NCBI GenBank assembly: GCA_021613535.1
Contig: CP075495.1
Location: 9,176,001-9,240,000 of the forward strand
Length of the DNA: 64,000 bases
Reading direction: 5' to 3'
Source of the DNA: Adineta vaga
Taxonomy: Eukaryota; Animalia; Rotifera
Of the stretch, positions 1 to 14,304 are shown in pieces (position 1 is the stretch's first letter; each line of letters begins with the position of its first letter). The notes under the pieces are model-generated. The model ran no database searches, had not been told where the DNA came from, and was given only the letters and a program-made list of their open reading frames with translations. The translations under genes were made by a program, and so were the position numbers.

Positions 1-67
1 TATAAGAAAAAAATCAATCACAGAACTTCTGAAACGAAGTATTTATACACATGAAATGTATTTTGTT

Positions 68-865
<798 letters not shown>

Positions 866-908
866 TTAGAGAAAAGAAAAATACAAATATGATCTCTTTT
901 GATTTATT

Positions 909-2316
909 TTAAAAAGTAAGATTTAACATTGTTTTCATTTCTCTTAACATTAAATACTGAATTAATGAATTGGGTAAATCATTTTTAAGTGCAATTATAG
1001 ATTTACTCAATGGACATGGAAGCATTTTTCGTATGCTAATCGTGCGATATCTTTTAATTGTCTTGGTTTTATTAAATAATATTCCATTTCATTCATAAAT
1101 TTTTCATAGTCAACAATTGCATCCATAAGACTCGTTTCATTTGTTGATTGTTCATGTTGATATTTTCGATTGATATAAGGAAATGCACATTGTAGTGGAC
1201 GACATGGTGCACCAGCATACAGAGCCATACGTGCATGATCATACAAAGCATAATGAACAGCTCGTGTCAAATAAGTATTACCAAAATTATTTTTCCAATC
1301 AAGTCGAGTACCTTCAATAATAAGTTCATGAGCTAAAATTTCAGTACATATCTCAATACGATTCTCCTAAATCAATCATTCAAAAACATACCAAGTGTTA
1401 AATTTCCACCATGATGCAATGTACACAATAATGGTGTTTCAAAACAATCATCTCGATGATTAATATTACAACCAAGTTGAATAACTTGACGAATTAATTG
1501 TAAAAGATTTTCTGTTGGATGTTCAACTGTTCGATCACAAATTAAATGAAGTAAATTTTTCCGATGTGTTGCTGTGATCACATTTACAAATGCACCTAAA
1601 AAATGATTTATTTCGAATTTTAACGTTTTATTTTTCATTCTATTACCATGATTTAATAAACATTGTAGAAAATCAAATTCACCATCGATCACTGTTAAAT
1701 GGATGAGACGCATATGATGAATATTATAAACATTCGGTGATGCACCGGATTGTAGAAGATATTGAAAAATTTGTTTTCTAGTCTAATTGAATATTGAAGA
1801 AAAAAAAGAAAAACAAATCGATAAGTATTTTGTTCGTCGACACATACCATGTGCGTACTTCAAATAAAAAAAGATTATCCTCCTTATTTTTACAAATCTG
1901 ATATGCTTCAAGTAATGGAATGATTGTATATGAACGAACAGAACAATTAACATCACAACCAAGTTCTACAAGTGTTCGAATAAATGCAAGATCACTACGA
2001 CGAATAGCAATGATTAAAGCCGTTATGGAATGCGTATGTGGATAACCATCTAATGGAAATCCTAAATAATAGATAACAAGATTACAGATGATATTAATCA
2101 ATAGATCAAGAAAATGTAACCATTATCATGCATTAGATGTAAGACTTTTTCTTGTTTAAATTTTGTAGCATAAGCACAAGCATCAAATTGTTGTTCGAAA
2201 AAATAATCAAGTCGTTTTGATTGATCATTGAAAAGATGTTTTATCTTTTTGATTTTTCCTTGTTGGATATAAGTTCGTAAACGACTGAGATCAACTTTCA
2301 TTGCATCATTTGCCAT
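909..2316 (-). CDS. Ankyrin repeat and SOCS box protein (ASB-like), multi-exon; apparent 1-bp deletion in the SOCS box
   Basis: Ankyrin motifs (TALIIAIRRSDLAFIRTLVELGCDVN, ETPLLCTLHHG, LGCNINHRD). BC-box PRQLKDIARL. The rest of the SOCS box (IRKMLPCPLSKSIIALKNDLPNSLIQYLML, stop 909-911) is in another frame after ~1035; as assembled the ORF stops at 1007. Confidence 0.8.
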
Positions 2317-2577
2317 AACAATTCAATATAAAATGAAATCTATTCTTACTCAATTCTATTTTAGTTTTTATTATTAACATACATATACACACTCTTTCAA
2401 TCGATGGAAAATTGCACCAATAGAAATATTATTTCTAAAAACTATGTGTCAGATGACGCACGTACACATGAATACAAAGAAAAGCTTTCGATTCAAGTTT
2501 GTTCTGGACAGCAAATAGATTGAAATATACGACAACCTAAACAATAATATAGATGCCTAGAATTCTGTTTCTTATAA

Positions 2578-3430
2578 TCAATGATAAAGGTCGCTGATTT
2601 TCGCTTTAAATATATCACGAAAGTATTTGCTTGTCAAAGTTGATACATATGTTATACCAAGTTGTACAGTTAAACCTTCTACAATACGTTTATCTAAAGT
2701 TTTTTTCATATTTTCATATGTAAAGACGGAATATACGTATATGATCCAATACGCAACAAAAGTAGAAGTGAACTAAGAATCGCTTCTAAGATAATGATCT
2801 ACATATTTTGGACGTCAAATAGTAAACCATTTTTAAAACAGATACTAAGCATAGTAATATGAGATTGGAAAGAATGTTTTCGTCATAGATGATATCCATT
2901 TGACTCTAGTGATATGTGTTGTCTTGAGTTCTTAATATGTAAAAATAATAATAATAATTTTGAAATCAATATAAGTGTGTGAGGTACAATAATCAGCAAT
3001 CAACACAAATCCACTAGCAAAGAATGTACAAAAATTACCCGGAACAATTTGACATCTATTATTATATATCGTATGAAATACCAATAAACAATCGATCCAT
3101 AATCGATAACACAATACTATATGCAGCCATTTCAGGTAATGAGAACACTAAATAAAAATGAATTTGACAGAAAACTACTAAACATTGATTCAATGTGTTC
3201 CTGAATGCATTACCAGCTATATATATGCTAGAACAATTATAAGAATAGATAGTAATTGTAACATTGTGTCACATAAGAGATAGAACACGTAAGTATTTCA
3301 ACGTAAGTGCGGAACAGTGAATGTAATTAAATTACGAATGCATCTGATTATACCAATAATAGTAGTAATAGGATTAATAGTTACTGTAATATATAGAATA
3401 TAGCTACTAACCGATATTTGCCTTTAATGA
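2578..3430 (-). pseudogene. Degraded rhodopsin-like (class A) GPCR pseudogene
   Basis: Minus-strand pieces: TTIIGIIRCIRNLITFTVPHLR*NTYVFYLL (TM1-2), VVFCQIHFYLVFSLPEMAAY and LSIMDR (TM3), YSVFTYENMKKTLDKRIVEG...YVSTLTSKYFRDIF (TM6-7/helix 8); several stops and frameshifts. Confidence 0.65.
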
Positions 3431-3840
3431 ATAGAATCGTTTGAGAGATCGATTTATAATTATAGAATTAATAATGCAAGTATAAATGCGATGATTATAT
3501 TCTCCGCAGTGCATCTTCGTAATTTAGATAAGGATAATTTGAACATCATTTTATTTATTGTAACTTAGTCTATCAATTATTTTCTATCACCGATATAAAT
3601 CAGATGTTTCAAGTAAAGCTCCCTATAGTGAAAAGCATAAATGAAACGAAGAAAAGTAACATACTGACAGTTTATTATTCTATACAAAAAGCGCCATCTA
3701 ACGTAATTCTTTTTCTCCTACATATTCCAACAAATACCCAATTAATAGACGCTAACACTATCATCTTAAACTTAAACTCCAACCAATTCCAAATATCATT
3801 GAAATAATCTACTTGGCCATTGCAATCACCGTTTTGTAGA

Positions 3841-6436
3841 ATGGATGTCGACTCAATTGATACAGATAATGATGATAATTTCCTAATCGACGATGAGAGT
3901 TCCAGCGATGATAAGTCTTTCAACAAAAGTCCTTCGAATGGACATCATGTACAACAGAAAAATTCATCATCTACACGTGAGTCTGTCTTAAACAGTCGTT
4001 TTTCACTTAACTAATAAACTTTCTTCTACTTATTTAGAATCAGATTCACCTTACAAGTACGTCTAACTTATTTTCTTCCAATACAAACTCATACTTTTAT
4101 CTTCATATAGTTTTTCTGATTATTTAGACATCTACGAACGTATGTATACATCTTTTTCTCAAGGAAACAACAAATCTTGGCAATCATCATTCATTGAAAT
4201 TATTCAACAAACATCTATACCATATAAATTGCTTTACATGTTTTTGGATCACATTTTAAGTACAGTCAATAATAAAAAACATAAAATAATTGTACCATTA
4301 ATTGAAACATTTAAACAACTTAAAATAGATGATAAAGATACTCAATTAGATGATATAATCAAAGAAAATATTCTATCAAAAATATGTCGTCGATGTGCAT
4401 TGAATCAATTGGAATCTATTATTGAAGTATTCAATTTTCGTTCTATCCATAATCGACAATTAATGATTGATTTTATTAATACACAACATCAAGATGATAT
4501 AATATTTATTTCACAATTAACAAAAGTTTTGAAATTATTAGAAGTGAATGCCATATCATTCGAAAAGGTTGAAAATTAAAATTATCCTAAATACATGTTT
4601 TTATTTCTTCTGATTTTTTATAGATTATTATACCTTTGATATCAAAATCACAGTGGGAAACAATAAAATTTGTTGTTGGAAACGATAAAATTCTTCAAAA
4701 AAAGTTACTTAAAACAATCGATGATTTAATTTCTACTGATAAGTAAGAAAATATTTTCTATGAAATGCTTATGAATTGTATTATTTTCTTTAGAGCAATC
4801 GTTCAATCATTATTTGCTCAATGTTTACTGAATATAAACATGAATTCAATTGATACTCATAGTTTAAAACGTGCTGCAAGAAAATTACTTAAACAATATA
4901 ATTTTGATTTAGAGGATTTTCCAAATCTTGCATTACAAGAAAAAATTAGTTTTTTAAAAACATGTTTTGTAAAGAAATATTTGGAAAGTCAATCTGGTGC
5001 TATTGATGAAGAAGATGGAAATGCTTGGAAAGAACAAATTAAAGTAAGTTTTCGATTACGAATTATTTTAATTAAACATATGTCAGTGAAATAATTCGGG
5101 TGTAAGAGAATTAAGTATTCATCTTTGATATGAAATTTTATTGAAAAATTTTCTTCAGGAATTAATACAAGATAAGCATGAATTAAAAGTGAAACTAATT
5201 GATTTATTTGTTGATTATACTGATATTGATTCTGCTGTTGAATGGACTCGATATTATAAACTTGAAGATTGTGAAATACCTGAACAAGTGAAAACTCGTC
5301 GTGAAGAAATTCTTAAAGGTAATACAACATCTCGAATTGTTCCTCCTAAACCAGCAAGTTGGCCATCAAAACAATCCGAAGAGAATATTTACAAACCTAC
5401 TATTCTTCAAACAGATATTGTTTATATTGAACTTGATTCCAATGTTGATTCATTTCTTAATCGATTAGAAGTTTGTATTCTTTTGTAAACATTTGTTTTC
5501 TAATGAAGATATGAATTCGTTTTTTTCTAAAGTGTGCACGTTGTGATGTTGGTTCTCATTTACCATTCGTTGGCTTCGATTGTGAAACATTCATAGATCC
5601 AACACAACGAACATTGAGTTCTCAAATTGTTTCCATTATTCAATTAGCAAGTTTAATACCATCACGTAATCAATCATCCTATGGAATTTTCGATATGTTA
5701 GCATTACGTTTACAATTTGATATGAAAGCATTAGCCGAATTTGCTCAACGTCTTTTTTGTTCACAAGATTTTATTCTTCTCAGTAGATTAGAATTTCAAA
5801 TTTTGTTTATTAGAATCAAAATTGTTTATTGATTATTTAGGTTATAACTATGCAGGTGATACATCATCTTTACTTGAAAATTATCCGTCGATGAACACTG
5901 CATTAATGCAAGGAACAGCTGTTATTGATTTGTCTTGTGTGCAACAACATGTACGATTGCTTTGTCTGGTGAATTTCTTAAAAAATGTTGATTTTTAATA
6001 GATTTTAGAACATTGTCCTGAAGTTTTTCCACATGGTAATGTTGTATCTAGTTGTAAATCTCGTGGTTTAAGTGAATTAGCTCGTTTATGTTTTGGTAAA
6101 CCACTTGATAAAACATTACGAACTAGTGATTGGCGAAAACGACCACTGAAACAATCTCAACTCATCTATAGTAGTTCGTATTCAAAGATTTTCATTTGAA
6201 AACGTTAAATTATTCTATTAAATTGTTTAGTATTGGATGCTCGAGTTCTTGTTGATATTGCTCTATTCATTGAAGAACGTACACATAGTTTACAAATACC
6301 ATGGTCATGGTCAGATTTTAAAGGTTATACATGGACGGACAAAGCATTCAGAAAAAGAACTGGTACAAATCAACAATCAGTGCATTGTCAATAGATTTTT
6401 GTTTTGTATAGACATTTTCATATTTTCTAGCAATAG
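3841..6436 (+). CDS. EXD3: EXD3/Mut-7-like 3'-5' exonuclease (DEDDy), multi-exon
   Basis: ExoI VGFDCE, SIIQLAS, RGLSELARLCFGKPLDKTLRTSDWRKRPLKQSQLIYSVLDARVL; long helical N-terminus. The last exon boundary is uncertain (stop 6394 or 6436). Confidence 0.85.
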
Positions 6437-6526
6437 GAAATTTCGATGATTTTTTGTTAAGAAAAACAAATTTTGCTCATTTTTGAAAATTTATTATGTA
6501 CTTTGTTTTAGATTATTTGATTAAGT

Positions 6527-9500
6527 ATGTTTAGTGCACCTGTTACAGCAATTAAAATTCTTCCCACACATCGTATTTGCTTAGCAGGTAATGGAAAAAA
6601 CCTTTCTATAGGAAGAATTATTGATTTTGATTAGGAACGGGTCCCTTTGTCATTGCTTATGATTTGACAACTAATCAACAGTTATTACAAGAAAAGATAT
6701 TGATAAATTCAGTTGTTCATGGATTTGAAACTCGTAAGGATAATTGAACACCGTTTTTTTTCTTCTTCAATTACAAATCAAAATTTTCTGATTTAAAGGA
6801 CAAATCATCAAAGAAACAAATGATATTTCTTATTTAATTGTTGTTTATGGTCAACGAACATTTTCCATTATTGAATGGTCTTCCATATCGTAAGTAGAAT
6901 TTTAAAAAGAAAAGTAATATTAAACAAACTGAAAGTTGACTTACATATTATCTCTACTTTTTTAGTCCAACTCAATTGAAAATCATCATTCCTCAAACAC
7001 AATGTCCTTCCTGGATTATAAGTGCACTCATCGTTTCTGTCGATACTTCAAATGAAGTAATAACATACATTTACATTATTTGTCTTCAATCATGATTACT
7101 GTTTTTTTCCCTCAGTTGTTAACAATACTATTTGGTACAGCATTGAATCAAATCTATCGCTATAAGCAATCATTAGACTTAATTCAATCATTGAATTATA
7201 CAACACTTTATTCATCCTGTCTTTTTCGACATACGAATGAAAGTGTTATATTTGCAGCAGGAACAGTTTTTGGTGAATTATTTCTATATGAACAAGATTC
7301 AAATGGATATTTTCAAGAAAAAACAATTGTTTCAGATCATAACGTAAGTGTACATATTATTCATATCGTCAAAAAAATACTCAATCTATTTTCATATAAG
7401 GGTGCTATTTTTGGTATAACTTATCATTCCAATCTTCTCTGTACTGTTGGTGATGATCGTACAGTGAAACTTTATAGATTTCTTGATTCACTTCAATTAA
7501 TTGCTTCATTTTTTGCACATGAAGCACGTATATGGCAATCATCATTAACATCAACACATATGTTAACATGTGGAGAAGATTCTTCCATACGTTTTTGGTC
7601 ACATAAATCGACAGGTGAATTATTACGAAGTTTTTCTGTTCATCGTTGTAAAAGTGTTTGGTCGATGGATATATTACGTGATGATCAAGATGATAAACCA
7701 TTGATTATTGTTAGTGGTTGGAGTGATGGAGGTGTACGTCGTCATCATCTTGATGATGTTCCAATTGATTCTCATGAAACCATAGAATTGAATTCAAATA
7801 TAGAAAATGATTTTCCACGAAATGTTATTTTTCTGAATTCATTCAAAATGCTTGTTCATATGAATAGTGGACAATTATTAAAAATAGATAAGAAAAATGT
7901 TTCGATATTTTATGATGGAAGAAATACATTGAAAAATAGTTATGCAAAATTGAGTATTGCTCGTGATGGAAATCAATATTTAGCTGTTGGATCATTGAAT
8001 GGTAGTGTGTTGATCTTTGATCAATCTGGTACGATCATTAATACATTTCAAATTGAAATTAATCGTAATAATAAAATCTTACAAATGTTTTGGTTAAATA
8101 ATACATTAGCAAGCAAATTACTCGTTTGTATTCCCGATGGGATCATGGTAAGATGAACAATAGAGAAAAAAGAACAGAATTTGTTGAAAATTACTTTGAA
8201 ACAAAAAGAAAACAAATTCTCATGCAATATTTTTATCTACTATAACATCTTCGTGTTTGCATCATTCATTCGAAATAGATTCTCTTGTTTTCTTTCTTCT
8301 CTCTTGTTCTGTTCTACTCACTACTAGTTTCCACCATTCTTGTCTCGTCAACCTCTTCAGAAAACGTGATTTTGTTTTGTTCTTTTTGGAACGTAGAGAT
8401 CATATTTTAACAGGAGTAAACGACATTGTAACATCTTCAGTATTCAAAATTTCTTTTACGAAGATCTTATCGCTAATCTTGTCAATCTCATTATTATTTT
8501 AATCATAATTTTTCTTCTAATCTTAGCTCATCTATAATATATGCAATCAACCAGCAAATGTAGAACTTCGTTTAGAAGATTTGCCTGATTTTGAGCAACG
8601 CTGGCCGAACACCTGTCTTTATCTTGATCAACATAATCTATTACTGTTAGGTGATCGACAAGGAAATCTTCTTTCCTATGATTTAAATACTGGTTCAATA
8701 CATCAAAAATTTGACCGTTTACATGGTATTAATGGTACATCATCAATTGATATTGATAAAAATATCAATCTCATTCGTTCATGTGGTCGAGATGGTTATA
8801 TTAATCTTTTTTCTATAAATCTTGAACATCGTCAATTAATTCATCAATCGACATTTACAATTACATCCGATATTACATGGCTTGATCAATTACAAAATCA
8901 GCCAGCATTAATCACGTGTTTTACTACAAATCAGTTTTATCTTTATACATTAGATGATCAAATGAAACGACGAGTAATGCAAGTTGAATGCGGTGGTGGC
9001 CATCGAAATCATGATTTTTTTCTTGATACAAATTTCAATGCTTATTTTGTTTATGTACGAAATAAACATGTTTATTTAGCAGAAAAAAATCTTATGAGAA
9101 TATTAAATGAAGCAACATGTCTATCAACAATACCGCCAACGCATGGAACAGAAATTCGTTGTGTTAAATTATTTCAATCAAATCAACAATTGTATATGAT
9201 GACGGGTAGTGAAGATACACAAATTAAATTATTTACATTTCAAGTAAGAATATCTTCAAAAATATTGAATTAAAACTATTATTTTAGACTGAAAAATCCA
9301 ATACGATGTGTGAACATATTTCAACACTTCAATCTCATCTATCGGCCGTTTGTGACATTGTTGTAATTGATAATTTCTTCTTCACATGTGGAGCACGTGC
9401 TCAATTGTTTGCATGGCAAATGAAGAATAATATTGTTATTCGATCTGGTAATTTTATGCTTCATCCATTACGACGACGTCATGGCGGAGGTGGAACGACA

Positions 9501-10406
9501 AATGATGAGACTAAAAAAGATACTATTGATGATGATCATGGATTAGATGTTAGGTAAAAATAGTAACATCTAACAATGATACTTTATTTGGTATAATCCA
9601 TCTTATTTAGATTTACTAGTGTTGCAGCTGTTTCTGAAACTAATAATGGAAACTATTTATTATTTGTAACCGGATCTGATGCTTTATTACGGTAAAGATT
9701 TATTTCAGACTATGATAACAAAAAGTACTTGAATCATATTTTCTAGTGTGTTTCGATATACAACATCTACGAATCGTTTTTCATTAATTCAGACTTGTTC
9801 ACATTCGGAATATTGTCAATTACGTGTAAAAGTTTATTCAACTTGTCATATTGCATTTGTCTCATCTACAGATGGTCTCATATGTGCATATGATTTTTCA
9901 TCATTAGATAATTCAATTCGTTCGACGAGTATTAAACTTCATCAATCAGGAATTAATGATTTTGATGTCATTGAAATCAATCCAAATGATCTCCTTCGTT
10001 TATCTAGTGTTGGTGATGATGGTTCTGTGCATGTTTCCAATTTTGATATTAAAAATTGGATATGGAACCGACATTATACAAAAAATTGTATTCATCAATC
10101 ACCAGCTACTGGTAATAGAAGAAATCAAATATTGAATGAATATGTCAAAGATTTTCTTTAGGTATTCGATTTATGGATTCGACGAGGTTTGTATCTATAG
10201 GTATAGATCAACGATTGAAATTATGGACAATTCATGACGATAAGAGTATGTTGGAATTAACAATGAATTATTTAGTTGACATACGTGATATTCTTTCTAT
10301 GGATATGATTTTTTGTGATAAGAAACGAGAGTTTGTTTTTGTTGTTGCCGGTGCTGGTGTTCAAACAATTCGATTTGATTTAACAGATTGTTTGTTTCAT
10401 TCCTGA
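6527..10406 (+). CDS. WDR6: WD repeat protein 6 (Trm734 homolog; partner of the tRNA 2'-O-methyltransferase), multi-exon
   Basis: MFSAPVTAI...AGTGP start, AAGTVFGEL, GAIFGI...TVGDDRTVKLY, AHEARIW, LGDRQG, HGINGTSS, CGGGHRNHDF, HGTEIRCV..TGSEDT, LHQSGIN, SVGDDG. Confidence 0.9.
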
Positions 10407-10469
10407 TATTGATTTGGTCCGCTTTTGTTTTCTAGATGTTTTAAATAAATTCTTTCTAAATGCAATGCA

Positions 10470-11633
10470 ATGCAATGTCTAGTTAGATTTATCCCATGGA
10501 AAAAGGTGATCGTTCGAACGTGTCACCTTTTATTAGTCTTCGGAGTCGTTGCATCATTAGTATTCCAATCATCTGGTATGTTTTTCTTAGTAAATTTCTA
10601 TGTTAAATTCATACTATCAATTATGTAGATCTTCATACAGCTTTATATGATACATCAAATTATCTTTATTGTATTACTTATGGCCTTCTTGTTTACGTCT
10701 CACTTTTCTTCTACTTTATGACTTGTTATACTGATCCTGGTTATGTACCGTATAAACGAGTATGATAGCATATTTTCACCTTGTCGAAATTTCTAATCTT
10801 TCCGATTGTATTCGACTTAAATAGGTACCTGATTGGATGGGAGGAATGGTTTCAACATCGGATGAAGATGATGATGATGAAGATATTAGTGAACAGAATA
10901 CGAAAATACCTAGTAATAGTCATCTACGCAAATGTCTTTTGTGCAATATTGAGGTAAAAAAAAATAAACATGAATAAAGCGAGAATTTTCTCATAAACTT
11001 TTTCTTTAGCAACCACTTCGAAGTCATCATTGTGATTTTTGCAATCGATGTGTACTGAAATATGATCATCATGTAAAAACCTTGATTGAACATTTCACAA
11101 TCATATCTAATTCTAATCGTTTTTTTCTTTTTCAGTGTCCATACTTAGAAACATGCATTGGTGAACATAACCATCGTTATTTTTGGTGTTTTCTTCTTAC
11201 AACCGATATATTAATCGTTTGGTCAATGATGTTATGCAGGTATAATTAATTTTTCTCTTATTTTACTTCTTGGTATCTTTCCTTTTGTGTGTATAGTCGA
11301 TCGTTTATTCCATTCAGTGATTGGTCATCATGGTTACATATAAATAAATTTCGTTTATTTTCTATGCATGTTTTAATAATCTCACTATGTGCGACAACAA
11401 TACTTTTTTGTATTCACTCATTTTTTGCTTTTACTAATTCGACAACTTGGGAACGCGTTTCACGACATCGAATTACATATTTAAATCGTTTACCAGATGA
11501 ACAGCTCAATCCATTCCATCAAGGTTATTGTCATAATTTCTTCTGTTCATTTCTCTGTCATCGAATGAAAGAACAACAATGGGATATCGTCTATAGAAAA
11601 CGTACAGAAGAAAATGTGATACTAAATATGTAG
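10470..11633 (+). CDS. ZDHHC12: DHHC palmitoyltransferase (ZDHHC12-like), multi-exon
   Basis: Spliced QPLRSHHCDFCNRCVLKYDHH|CPYLETCIGEHNHRYFW, TDPGYV, NSTTWERVSRHRITYL...NPFHQG; N-terminal VIVRTCHLLL. Confidence 0.85.
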
Positions 11634-12160
11634 TTTTATGTAATATACTTTTGTTGAAATAAACGAAAGAAAAATCATCGAATACATGAAAACTTCTTTA
11701 GAATATCGACGTATGTGTATTTAGAAAGAAATCATTTCCATATCATTTCATGGATATACGTTTTAATGAAATTTTTATTTATTTATTGCTTTACTTTTTA
11801 TTCGTAAAATCTCTATGAAAAATTCAATTAAAAGAAAATATTTGAACTGAAAAGTGAATGAGAAGAAGAAGGTTACCGTTAATTACCGTTATTGTGTCAG
11901 GCATCTCAATGAAGCGACCTTAGATATATCGTATGCAAACGATAGGGTTTTTTCCCTCTTACGTGTGCTCATCGAACAGTGACTGCCTGTTACTCGTGTA
12001 CACACACACTCTGCATGGCCATGTAAAAAAAAAGGTGTACAAAACGTTGTAATGTATGTTTATTTCTCTTCCGTATCATACATAAACGCACGTGCATATC
12101 AGTTGAAGGTCTACTGTCACATAAATTTGTCTAGTTTGATATTCAGTAAAGAAAAGAAAG

Positions 12161-12598
12161 ATGGCATCTAGTGCGGCAATTAGTACAATTGTCATTGAAC
12201 CTGAGGTAGCTGTTCGTACAGAATCAGATGGAAAAGACAAGTTTGCTCAACGTTTTAAACCACCAAATCTAAAGCAAAGTACACAATCTAGTAATCGAAA
12301 ACAATTACCAGTACAACTGGTTATTGAACAACCATTACGTGCTAACGATATAAAAGAACATCGATTATGGGCACTCGGATCATTAATTTTATGTTTTTTT
12401 CTTATTGGACCAATTGTTGCTTTTTACCATACTCGTCGTATACGACAAATGAAAGAAGATGACCAATTAACTCGTGCTAAACTTTGGTCTGATCGTGTAA
12501 GCAATATACTGATTATTTCCAATATCATTGGTATTATTATTTGGGTTGCTTTTATTTTTATTATCGGTGTTCTCTTTATATTTGGTCTCGTTTACTAG
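12161..12598 (+). CDS. CD225/dispanin (IFITM/PRRT-like) membrane protein
   Basis: IKEHRLWALGSLILCFFLIGPIVAFYHTRRIRQ...AKLWSDRVSNILIISNIIG followed by a C-terminal TM helix: dispanin layout. Confidence 0.7.
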   Translation: MASSAAISTIVIEPEVAVRTESDGKDKFAQRFKPPNLKQSTQSSNRKQLPVQLVIEQPLRANDIKEHRLWALGSLILCFFLIGPIVAFYHTRRIRQMKEDDQLTRAKLWSDRVSNILIISNIIGIIIWVAFIFIIGVLFIFGLVY

Positions 12599-13140
12599 TT
12601 ATTATACTAATTCTTTGTTTCTTATGTTAACTATACATATGCATTGTTTTGTATTTATAACACCATTTGAAATAAAAACGTCCTCGTTTATTTCCTTGAC
12701 GCTAGACAAGAGCCTATCATGCATACATATATAATTTGTTGTACGTGTAATCAAATGATTGACAATGTGAATAGGTCGAAACATAGAGAGAAGAAACCAT
12801 CAACTATATAGTAAAAGATGGCCTCCTTTTTTTCTCTTCTCGTTTCTATTGCATTTTTTTCTCTCATATACGGTGAGCGTCTGCTGATGTTCTTCTATAA
12901 TAGTCTATTACTGATCAATCAGTTGATCGTTCGTCTCTCCCTTTTTTTTCACTTGTTTTAATCTGTTTTTGCCCTTTGCACCTCCTTGTAGTTTTTTTCT
13001 CTAACCTTGCGACTGATAAAATAAGGTGCCTAACTCAATATCGAATCACAGACAGTCGTGCGCCGCTCAGTCCCCAAATAATACGCATTTATAAATATAT
13101 ATATATATTTATTTATTTACATACATCTAGGTGATCATCA

Positions 13141-13557
13141 ATGGCAGCGGTAGTCAACTCCTATCCCGTTAGTTTATACCATCCACATATCAATAGAGTC
13201 GTGACTCCATATTACAATGCACAATACATCTCCAGTAATTACTATAAAACTAAACCACAGAAACCTCAACCAAAACGAGCTCGAACATCATCACCAAAAA
13301 AAGTTCTCGAACATACTGATTCAAAAATTCAACACGTGCGACCTCGACGACAGCCTCGTATTCATCGACAAGTGATTGTTTTACCAACGCCAGAGCCAAT
13401 CTACCGACAAATACGCCATCGATTACCAACACCTGAACGACAAGTTATCCGTCGAACATTCTTACAACGAGCAAACGGAGATGTTATCGTTCAACAAGAA
13501 CGACAACGAAAGAGAACCAGAAGCAAAATTACCACTTATCCACTTGTCGCAAAATGA
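13141..13557 (+). CDS. Uncharacterised basic R/P/Q-rich protein with duplicated LPTPE motif
   Basis: 138-aa ATG ORF; HRQVIVLPTPEPIYRQIRHRLPTPERQVIRR; AATAAA downstream at ~13712. Confidence 0.6.
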   Translation: MAAVVNSYPVSLYHPHINRVVTPYYNAQYISSNYYKTKPQKPQPKRARTSSPKKVLEHTDSKIQHVRPRRQPRIHRQVIVLPTPEPIYRQIRHRLPTPERQVIRRTFLQRANGDVIVQQERQRKRTRSKITTYPLVAK

Positions 13558-13914
13558 TCACCTTATCATTAATCAATTCATATTCATTTTAAAATATACA
13601 TATGCATATTATTTGCTTCTATAGTTTTCTTTCATTTTTCTTTTAAAGCATAAAGCTTGTATTTATTCGTAAAGATTTCCTTTCTTTTTATACTTTTATA
13701 TTATTTATACAAATAAAATAGAATAGACAGACACAAATCAAAACAAAATTGATTATTTCTATTTTTGAAATCAATTTTCTGAACATCTTCTAATTTACCA
13801 TGAATACAGAAAAGTCAATCAATAGCTATGGCAATACCTAATCTCGCGATTAAAATGATTATACATAGAAGGCCTTTGTATCTGCATACTTTTACAGAAA
13901 AAAAGTATTAAAAA

Positions 13915-14304
13915 ATGAATATAAAGTTCTTTGCTATTTATTTCTTTTGATTTATCGTTTCACTATCAATTCATTCGAACCTTTTACCAGATGAACTATG
14001 TCATATTGTACCATTTTATATTTACACTTTCCAGTTTATTGTAGACAAGACAAGGACGTTCGTCTTTTTACAATCAAAAACCATAGAAGAAGTTACTGAA
14101 AACAAATGCTTAATATGCATTATTATTTATGTAGATTTGAATCAAGACACACTTTATGTAATCAGTAATTATCGAAAAAAATATGACAAGGACGAATCGA
14201 TATTGTCCAAGAAGAATATCTATCAATTTTTATTTTATGTTCCGTATAAAATGTGTCAAATATCAGCAGATAGTTGCTATTTGCAATCAACAACATGTCC
14301 TTAA
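13915..14304 (+). pseudogene. Small putative secreted Cys-containing protein interrupted by one in-frame TGA (codon 12)
   Basis: MNIKFFAIYFF*FIVSLSIHS...CHI...CLIC...MCQISADSCYLQSTTCP; 130 codons open except TGA at 13948-13950; ends TAA TAG TGA. Confidence 0.55.
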
